Of a stretch of DNA of 41,771 nucleotides, positions 1 through 9,169 are shown in pieces (position 1 is the stretch's first letter; the number at the start of each line of letters is the position of its first letter). Origin of the DNA: Perkinsus chesapeaki ATCC PRA-425 (Eukaryota > Protista > Perkinsozoa). The translations under genes were made by a program, and so were the position numbers. The stretch is taken from contig JAAPAO010000297.1 of assembly GCA_013115145.1 (NCBI GenBank), positions 1 through 41,771 of the forward strand. Reading direction: 5' to 3'. The notes under the pieces were generated by a model. That model ran no database searches. It saw only the letters and a program-made list of their open reading frames with translations, and was not told where the DNA came from.

Positions 1-371
1 CCATTGCTAGTGGTAAATGTACTACCAGAGATCAGATAAGATGGTGGGTATCTACCTCTAACCCAAGCTATAACGCTGAAAACTTCGTTTTTATTGCGCA
101 AGAGTGTCTAGCGAAACACAGCGGGAAAGGCAGACCGGTATCCGCTTGTGTTTTTAAGTACACCTCTCAACCTTCTAATACCCCTTTCAACTTGCCTCCT
201 CTATCCCAAGACTGCTATCAATGCTTTGGGAAAGCTGGCGAGTGTATAAGAAGCAAGTGTTGGACAAAATGTTGGTGGGACGGTAGCTCCGCTAGATGCA
301 AGGACTGCGCTAAGACCCAATGCACGCCGGTTATGGCCTCATGCGCTGGCCTATCTACCATCGAGATATAA
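1..371 (+). CDS. 3' end of a paralog of the FN3 membrane protein at 4779-6994 (Cys-rich C-terminal domain), truncated by the window edge
   Basis: Frame 3 reads [23 protein letters not shown]...CYQCFGKAGECIRSKCWTKCWWDGSSARCKDCAKTQCTPVMASCAGLSTIEI* with TAA at 369-371. It aligns by eye with [23 protein letters not shown]...CSGL at 6604-6994, with near-identical Cys spacing. Absent from the ORF track. Confidence 0.85.
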   Translation, partial: IASGKCTTRDQIRWWVSTSNPSYNAENFVFIAQECLAKHSGKGRPVSACVFKYTSQPSNTPFNLPPLSQDCYQCFGKAGECIRSKCWTKCWWDGSSARCKDCAKTQCTPVMASCAGLSTIEI

Positions 372-549
372 ATGATACTGGATTGTTTTTAAGATTCCTC
401 GTAACGATCTTCATCAGAATTTCTTTCTATTTCTAGACGCATTTCCTGGTGTTGTGTGTGCCAACTGAATGCTACTCTTACAACGCAACAAGTCATCACT
501 AAAAACTTCAAGGAATAAATTTTTAAACCCTACTTTAAAAAGTTCACAA

Positions 550-3500
550 TCACATGCGGAAAACTCCAAAGTTGTTGCCAGTGCGGTCCCCTCTTTGATC
601 TTCGAGCTTCCGTTGGCATAACGACAAACACATCGCGAGAATCTAACAATGGTCATCTCGGTCATCAAGAATGCGCTCAAACCTTCCTAGTATCTCGTGG
701 ATCAATAACGCCATCATCCCAAATCCTAGCTGTACTATAATAACAAGACGATTCAGCTAGATACTTCTTAGTGACCTGCATAAAAGTTATGATAACATAA
801 ATAACAACAGCACATTACTGCTTCTTGCATTGCTTTCAACGCATCGGCGTCTTTCTTGCCGCTAACTGTCGTGAGTACCTGCTACGGCAATCATCCCAGT
901 TTAGCCCCACCTTACATGTGCAGCTTGAGCGGCACCCATAACGGATATCTGGGCATTTGGCCACATGAACAAAAACTCAGGTTCGTAGGCGCGGCCTGAA
1001 TAATCATCACCATCAGCGCAGGCCGTCGCCGATGGAACGCTACCATACCGGCCATCGCATAATTTCCGGCACCATGAGACCCACCAACTATTATTGTTAT
1101 CTTGGGAACTGTTAAACAGGATACAGCTCGGACCTGAGGATGGGATTGTAGAGATATGTAGTTGTCGGAAGGCACCATTTTTGCACCATCTTTGGTGATG
1201 CCTTGCCGTTCGTAATTTTTGCCGACCATAAAGCCCGCTATATTCTGCAGAAAGACCTGGCACGATTATATCCGATAAGTGATAAAAGTTTGCTGATAAA
1301 ATCACTCACCACTGGCATGCGGCGTTGCTCACAAATCATAAGGAAATGAGTGGCTTTCAACGCTGCCTGCGATGTTAAAGGGCCACCGAGATGATTGGCC
1401 AGGAACCCTGAACACATCACATTTGAACAACACTCGCTTGCATGTCACACTGTGTACGAGACGGCAATAGGTTCAAGTACGAAGAGCCCCGCGGAGATTT
1501 GTCGGAATTGTGACCCGCGGGTGAGGAAAGTAACTATGGTATGATCGTCCTCATAAGCCACTATCCCTCATGTTGTTGAGCAGTAGGACAGTACACAACT
1601 GTTCAACTTTTTATGAAGCCAAAAGAGGTTTATCTTTATCCGGTCAGCCTTTTCACAAGAGGCATCCCTCGAGCCTTTGCGACTAAATTGGACCGTTAAA
1701 ATCCGCGATAGAGAACTTTACATCACAGAATTGCGCCATATATTATTCACTCACCTGTCAGCGGGCCACCGCATATCCGACCGACACCGCAAACTAAAGT
1801 GGTGCCGAATCTTGGCTTGAACTCGTGGAACCTTCAAAGAGGAATGATACCAAACGTTTTTTCGCCCTCCTCACCTGCTGCCGTCCAGAATTCTAACCAA
1901 CACTTCATATGCATTGATCGTTGCCAGGACGGTGCCAGCTGCAGGCCCAGTTGGCGCAGGTACAACGCAGAGCATGGTCGACGGAGACACCAAAGGATGA
2001 GACCAAGGCAGATGGGCAGGTTCTGAACAGAGAGTGGATAAAGTGACCCTTCAAATGGCAATCCAAACCTTGACAGATGAGCCTTCCTGGTGTTAGCGTA
2101 TCACCCATCGTGTGGGTATCTACCATTCGCCTAAGTAATGTTATGGCACTTTCCTCGTCATTAGCCATCTGAAATAGAACGGGGGGGGGGATTGCCCCAT
2201 CTATCCCTTCCATCTACCTACATTATCGGCCACACCAGACACAGTCGTGTGCATCTCTGCACCACCAAGTTCTTGTGGCCCAACCTGTGGATACAACACT
2301 CTCGGGGTTACTATATCCGACCAAACCCACATCTTCCCCTGTAGCCGCTTTAACCAACGGAGGCCCGGCAAGGTATATCGTTCCTTGCTCCTTCACCATT
2401 ATCATCTCATCACACATCGCCGGTATATATGCGCCTTCCCAATACATGTTCATTTGCCATTATGAGATACCTTACCTCCAGCTGTGCTCATGCCGCAGAC
2501 ACAAGCAAGTTGAGGAATGCCTTTGCTGGACATCCTAGCTTGATTACAGAATCCTTTGCCTCCGGTTTCAGGGAAGACATCGGCTTGAAGGGGAAGGAAT
2601 GCTCCACCAGAATCGACAAAGTAGATGCACGGCAATCGCAGCGACCTGCGTAGCGAAGTCGAAGCAGCAGGAGGCCACTAGCCTACTCGGCGATTTGTTG
2701 GGCCCTCAGGTTCTTCTTAACCCCAATCGGGAACATCGTCCCCCCTTTGATTGTACTCTCATTACTAATAATTAAACATTCAACTCCACCAACTACACCA
2801 ATACCGATAACCATAGCCCCTTTGTGGACCTGCAGATGTGCATCGTCACACCTGTAGGATACTTCTCCTCATCTACTTGCCTTTTTATCATACATGCCGT
2901 ACGCCGCCAATGCGCTCAATTCCAGGAACTCCGTCCCACCATCGCTGAAGACCCCAAGCGCTCATTGCAGCGTGAAACGTTCGCAGTTTTCTTACACAAG
3001 CAGTCGTATACGCTCCTTCGCCAAAAGCTTCCCTCGTTTCCTGTGCAAGGCAATGGCCTTCTCGCTTCCTCCCTGAGGAGTGTGAATCTCTTAAGCACGT
3101 GCTGATGAAGGTACTTTATCAACTTCCGATAGCCTTTCTTGCAGCTTTTGACACAAACCTTCCATGAACTCGGTATTCCGTCTACCAGCCGCTGATTCTG
3201 GAGATATCTTTGAGGTCAACACACCAGGTATGGTCCTGTTACCATGATGACCTGACAACAGCTGTCACGGCCTCGTTCCAGGATACAGGCCTTACCCTTC
3301 CCTTTCGCCCCGGATTCCCTATCAAGAATCGCAACATCTTTACACCACATTGATGTCGGGCATCGCCCCTCAGTGTTACCTATCAGTAACGTATTGTGGT
3401 CACGGTCTGCCAAAGGGTTACCCCTTTGCTCAATTGCTGTCCTTGATGACACCTGCAGCTCCACTGACTCATCCTCGGCTATCGGCTGGTCGGCACCACC

Positions 3501-6500
3501 AGAGGATGTCGCGGCTATTGTGACAAGCGGCTGGTCTTCTCCAACTTGATCGCCTTTATTAACATTAACTGCTGTGACCCTTCCCCCAACAGAAGTGGCA
3601 ACCTTTTGAGGGTGAATAATGAAAGTACGGTCGCATGTTATACCTCAGTCTGGGTCTTCATACTTTCTATAACCACGACAACATCCTCATCAGCTACTAT
3701 GTCACCAACTTTAACTTTCACATCGTAAATCACACCTATTTGAGGAGGCGACAGCTACGTTTCTTTATGTCGGCTCAGCTCTACCTGCCATGGGTGCGCT
3801 TATCGCCACTTCCTTCGTGGAGGTTTTATCTTTGATCATTTTTTCATCCTTGGTTGCCCCCTCCACCGCTGTCTTATTAGTCGCCATGTAATCCGTCAGG
3901 AATGATGTATAAACTTCACCCTAACTAGTGGGTCCACCAGTGGGTTACTCTTTAATCATGTTTCACCTGTTGCTCTGCGAATACTGGATGTGTTAGTATC
4001 TCTATCAACCTTGGTACATTTGTCCGCATGCCGGGTCCCTCCAGCCCCATGGTCTGAAAGCGAGGCTCCTCGTTTGCTTTCATTAAGGTGTATCACCTTT
4101 AGTCCATCGATGAGGCACTTTAGCGTCTCTGGCCAGTCCTTACCGACCCCGATGACCTTTACTAGGAGAGGGTCGAATTCTAGGCTCAGTCTGTAGGAAA
4201 CAGAAAAATGTCTCCGCCGAGGTTCGAACCCGGAACCGTTTCAGCATAAGCTATGGCGCGGCACAATACTTGTACTCTCGTTATCCCATAAACAACAGTA
4301 AGGCTAGTGATGTTCCCGTAAGACTACGGAAGCTACTGACAACAGTCTCAAGCTTGCCTACTCATATCGCAAGCTCGACATCAACGGCGCAAACAATGTT
4401 GGCGAACTTCAAATTTGGAACTTAGCCAACCGCCAAGGGGCTTGCGCACGCGTGCAAAATCCTCCATCTTACTTTTGCCCTTCGACTATCCCAAAATCGA
4501 CCCTCAGCCCGGGCAAATCATTAGGCACCGAAAACCTGAGCGACAAGGGAGCTTTAAATACGACAATGTGAATCGCAAAGATGGAGAATCTGATCGGTCA
4601 GATTTTGTGTTGCGCTAATATCCCCGCTGTCCCCCTCCTACACGGGAGGAGGCATCCTCTTGAATTTTCGAGTGTGGTGGAAAATTTTCAACGTCGAAGA
4701 ATCGCTCAACTGGCATAAAATACTTCCATTTTCGCGTGTCAGCGGTGCTCGTGACCTAGTTAAATTTAGTTCCTAAAAATGAATAATCCGTCCGACATCG
4801 AGACGGGAGAAAATGCTGGTGGTGGGCTGGAGAAGGTCGACTCCACCTCTACCGCATCTAAAGGTGCTACCGATAATGGAGACTTTGTGATTGAGGATGC
4901 TTCCTCCCCGAAGGATGTTATGCTGGATAAGACTGAGGATGATATCACACCAAAACCGGAGGATGCTCCCAAGAAGAGCAAATGTGATAAATTCAATTAT
5001 TGGTTATGTATGATATTTTGTTGTCGTCCACCACATGAGATGACAGATGATGAAAGAGCTGAATGGGAGAAGAAGAGCTTTTGGGATAAATACAAGGATT
5101 CTATATTCTGTTTTATCCGTTATTTCATAATGTTTATTATTGGTATTGGTGTTGGTATTGGTATATTCTTCCTTGTACTTTATTGTATGGGAATTATTGG
5201 TGGTACAAATGACAATAACAATACTTCTAATAATACCATAGATCTTGGTGAACTTGAGTATCCAAGAGTTGTTGCTGGTTATAGTAATTTAACAATTACT
5301 ATTAGTCCTGTTGCAAGTGCTTTGACATATGATCCAAAAGATTATCTTATTGAGACTCAAGTTGCCTCCTCCACTTCAAGTGGTAGTAGACGTCTTCGTT
5401 CTGATGGACCATGGACTGTTGCTCTGGAAATACCATATAATAAGAATGAGGCATCTACTGGTACCATTACTGGACTAACTGCTGGTGAACAGTTACTAAT
5501 CCGTTATAAGATTGAGATGGAGGATGGCAGAACTAGTAGCCCCTCCGTTGCCGTTATGGAGAACACCAAAACTCCAACTGCTCCAAGTGTCCCTGGTAAG
5601 GCATTCTACAGATGTCGGCGAGTGACTCTTTTTCTATTTCAGGTTTAATGGCATATAATACATCTTCAAGTAGCGTATCAGTTACTATCATACCACCAAC
5701 ACATAACAATGGTGCCGATATAACAGGATATGTTATCCAACATGCGGCCACCAGTGATAATAATACGACAACTGGTGAGTGGAGCAAAGCCGAGATATCT
5801 CAAGATGACGCTGCCAAGGTAATCGGTAACGCTTGAATAATTCACGTCAAGACTACCACTTTCAGCCTTATACTGTTGATGGACTGTCCTCCGGTGATCT
5901 GGTAATGTTCAAGATCTCCGCGGAGAACAGCGCTGGTTCAAGTGATTACAGTAAACCTTATTCGATGATCACCGATAATGCAGATGCTGATAAGCCTGAT
6001 CAGGTAAGGTTGGCTGTCGGATGGGTTAAAGAGGGTATTAAGTATTGCTTCGGATCAGGTTACTGGATTTGCTGCTAACTCTACCACATCAAACTCTGTG
6101 ACATTATCCTGGACCGCTCCATCTAATAATGGTGCTATGATTCTTAATTATATTATTAGTATGGATGGTAATGATAATACATATACTGTTGATGGTCATG
6201 ATACAAGTTATACAGTTAATGGACTTAATCGTGGAAGTGATTATACATTCTATATTACTGCTAGAAACTCAAAAGGTTATGGTCCTAAATCAGATGCTTT
6301 ATCAACTAAGACTACTGAAAGTTGTGAAGCTGATCAAGCAAGTAATGTTATGAGACAAACGCCATTCTCCGATGGTTTAAGTGTAAGCTGGAGTTCCCCT
6401 ACCAACCCACAATGTGATCTACCAATAACCGGTTATCGTGTTATTGATGATGATAATAAGGAATTATGTCAACCATCTACTAATGGTGCTCTTTGGTGTG

Positions 6501-8941
6501 ATATTACTGGTCTTCAACCAAGTACGTCATATACCATTAGAGTACAGTCTAAGAATGATGCTGGTTGGTCTAATAAAATTACATCACCTGTTAAAATGTC
6601 TACCATTGCTAGTGGTAAATGCAACAACCGTGACTCCGTTCGTTGGTGGGTATCTACTTCTAACCCAACCTACAGTGGTGAGGAGTTCACCAGCCAGATT
6701 GAGACATGTAGTGTTCAAGGACTCGGTAATCCGAACAAAGTTTCGAGCTGCCTGGTCGACTACACCAAGGACCCCTCCAAGACCCCCTTCAACTTGGACC
6801 CCATCTCCGATGACTGTGGTATGTGTTATGGTGCTAATGCCAAGTGCTCTATGGCACATTGTAGTTTCCCTTGTGGCATGGGTACCGCTGATAGCTCACC
6901 GGCCTGCTTACAGTGTAATGATCAATACTGTAAGCCTGACTTCTATACTTGCAGTGGTCTCTATGCCTCTATCGGCCCTCCCGATCCGCAGTAAGAATGA
7001 TGATGCGGCAGGAGCAGCTCAATCTTATCACCATTTATATCGTTTCTCGTTACTTTTCTGGTAGTGGTAGTGGTGGTGGCGTCCACCGTTACTGCTGCTG
7101 CCATGAGAATCAATTTTCGCTGTATAGATTTCTACCAGCAACGATCCCATAATTCTTTTCGACCAATGCTTACTGTTGCGTCGTCACCAACCCACTACTC
7201 ACTTCTCCACCATAGGCCCCCCTTTCCCCCCAGTTGATGATGGAGTCCATACCACTCTGGCCTGTATAGCACACTTTGCCTTTAATAGGTTAGGCAGTGT
7301 CGGATAAACAACTTTCAATGGCTCTCCTGAAAGCAATGCTGTTAGTAATCTCCCAAAGTAAATGTCTTCTATCTCTATGCTTCGGCCATTAAGCTCGAAA
7401 AAAGTTATTCAGATTTGACAAATGCCAGCCTTTACGCACTTGTCGAACATGACTTAATAACATTACTACTATTAGTAACCATCACTACGAGGAGCTCCTT
7501 CCCACAGCAATGCCCCTTGTCCCCTTGCTGGTTGTTGCCTACCTGCAGCCAACCTCATCTGTATCTGTACCAAGTCTATCCCAAATGCCTCCTCCGTCAC
7601 CGTGTGCTCCACTTGTATCCGAGGATTTACCTACCAAACTAATACGCGGGGGACCCCTTATTAATTACCTCTAAAAATATGAAATCCTCTCCTCCCTTGG
7701 CCATCAAGAACTCTACCGTTCCCACAGACACATAGCCCGACTTCTTCGCAAGGCCACACGCTGCCCTCAAGATGGCCTCCGGTATAGGTACCTGGCAAAC
7801 CAACCTGTATCCACTCATTACCTGGCCATCCTCACCTGCGGTGGAGCTATCTCAATCACTTTCTGATTCCTCAGCTGAACACTACAGTCTCTCGAGAAGG
7901 CATGGGACACTTCACCAGTACTATCACCCAGCACCTGTCGATGATGATGAGTTTGCACAATTAATATAAGCTGGATAATCAACAGTCAACTTCGCAGCGC
8001 TGAGCTACGGGGCTCATTAAGATCCCGAATTTCTAACTGGTGCGCATCTCTGAGCATCTAATAAATTCCACCGATTTTGCAGTTGTGTCTAAAAGTGCTT
8101 ACCTGAACTTCGATATGTTTGCTGTTTGCCCACCACTCCTCCACAAATACATCACCATTGCCGAATGAAGCTTTGGCTTCTGCAGTGCATCGCTCGAATG
8201 CTGCCTTCAGTCCGCTGGAGGATGTGACCTATATTAATCAAGATACTATACCGTCGGTCAAGACTCTCATACCACTCTCATTCCCCGTCCACCACCCCCA
8301 GCAGCGGCCTTCACCACTACTGGATATCTTAAAGCAAGTCTGGCAACCTCAGACTCGCAGGTAGACGCATCTTTAACTATCCCGGTACCTCAACAGGATA
8401 GAGTATCAGACTGCCCACCAACAGGCCGCAAGTTCGATCCCCGGGCGGTACCTTTTGACACAGGCACTTCACTTTCGATTGCCATCTTCCTTGCCGCTGT
8501 TTTATCACCGAATGCTCTCAGCACGGATGGTGCAGGTCCAATAAACTTAACCCCGACCTGCCGCATAACCCCTCCTCCTCCCCATTTGTCTTCGCATTAC
8601 CCTCGCACACGCCTCAGCCAAGTCCCATGACTCCGACAGGAAACCATAGCCAGGATGAAGAGCATCACACTCACTCTCCACCGCAGCTTTGGTGATGATA
8701 TCAACATCCAAATAAGCACGTACACCAGCACCGATACACACGGCCTTATCGCAAAGAGGTATGTGTGGGGCCATCTCCTCACCTGGTAGCTGAAGATGAC
8801 GATACACTATAGAGCGGACTTGCCTTCAACAAATACAGCAACACATTCACAGCCCAGAGCCCGGCATGCTCTCTGTATACGGAGGGCTATCTCACCGCGG
8901 TTGGCAATGAGAACCCTTGTGAAGGGAGGGGATGGAGCCAT
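550..8941 (-). CDS. Multi-exon single-chain biotin-dependent acyl-CoA carboxylase (BC-BCCP-CT); CT domain resembles 3-methylcrotonyl-CoA carboxylase beta
   Basis: Spliced exons give [34 protein letters not shown]...[47 protein letters not shown] and FDPLLVKVI (BC); [16 protein letters not shown]...IESMKTQ (BCCP, about 3660); [88 protein letters not shown] and FGVFRM* with TGA at 550-552 (CT). No stop seen between BCCP and CT. Confidence 0.85.
4209..4333 (-). pseudogene. Degenerate tRNA-Val(TAC)-like sequence with a 50-nt insertion in the anticodon loop, inside a 282-nt carboxylase intron (4191-4472)
   Basis: Minus strand reads GCTTCCGTAGTCTTACGGGAACATCACTAGCCTTAC, then 50 nt (4248-4297), then ATGCTGAAACGGTTCCGGGTTCGAACCTCGGCGGAGACA and TTTTT. 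The T-stem is intact, the acceptor stem has one mismatch and the D-arm pairs poorly. Confidence 0.6.
4779..6994 (+). CDS. Type II-like membrane protein with fibronectin type III repeats and a Cys-rich C-terminal domain; nested antisense in a carboxylase intron
   Basis: Exons joined by GT-AG introns 5596-5642, 5819-5865 and 6004-6058. One hydrophobic segment ([26 protein letters not shown]), FN3 motifs ([56 protein letters not shown]) and a Cys-rich tail. Confidence 0.9.
8389..8451 (+). other. tRNA-like remnant filling a 63-nt intron of the carboxylase gene (antisense to host)
   Basis: Plus strand CAACAGGATAGAGTATCAGACT...GGCCGCAAGTTCGATCCCCGGG. Flanked by CGGTACCT at 8383-8390 and 8446-8453. 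Removing the intron restores VPVSKGTGIVKD. Confidence 0.65.
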
Positions 8942-9125
8942 CGAGCAAACTGACCATCCATTTACAAACTTAACTCGACTCCCAAGCTTTACAGGAACAC
9001 TAAAGTGATGGTGATGGTACAGACGGCGGTGATGGAGCTCTCAAGGAGTAATTTTCACAAAGACAAAACGGAAAATTATGAGGCTCGGTAGAAGGCTACC
9101 ATCCAACTCAATATTATAATTCAAA

Positions 9126-9158
9126 TGAACTCACCAGGGATCGAACCTGGCTCTCCCA
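9126..9158 (-). other. Isolated tRNA 3' half (T-arm/B-box) between the RING gene stop and the carboxylase start
   Basis: TGGGAGAGCCAGGTTCGATCCCTGGTGAGTTCA followed by TTT; perfect CCAGG/CCTGG T-stem with a TTCGATC loop; no matching 5' half outside coding sequence. Confidence 0.6.
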
Positions 9159-9169
9159 TAATATAAACA

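Noticed and set aside
1805-1835. tRNA-like GGTTCCACGAGTTCAAGCC on the minus strand
   Set aside because: It encodes the conserved carboxyltransferase motif [16 protein letters not shown].
2121-2130. G10 run (also a C11 run near 10164)
   Set aside because: Isolated homopolymers in probable introns; no evidence of function.
2916-4200. Fragmented ORFs that first looked like a retrotransposon relic
   Set aside because: After intron removal they are BC C-terminus, BCCP and CT N-terminus exons of the carboxylase.
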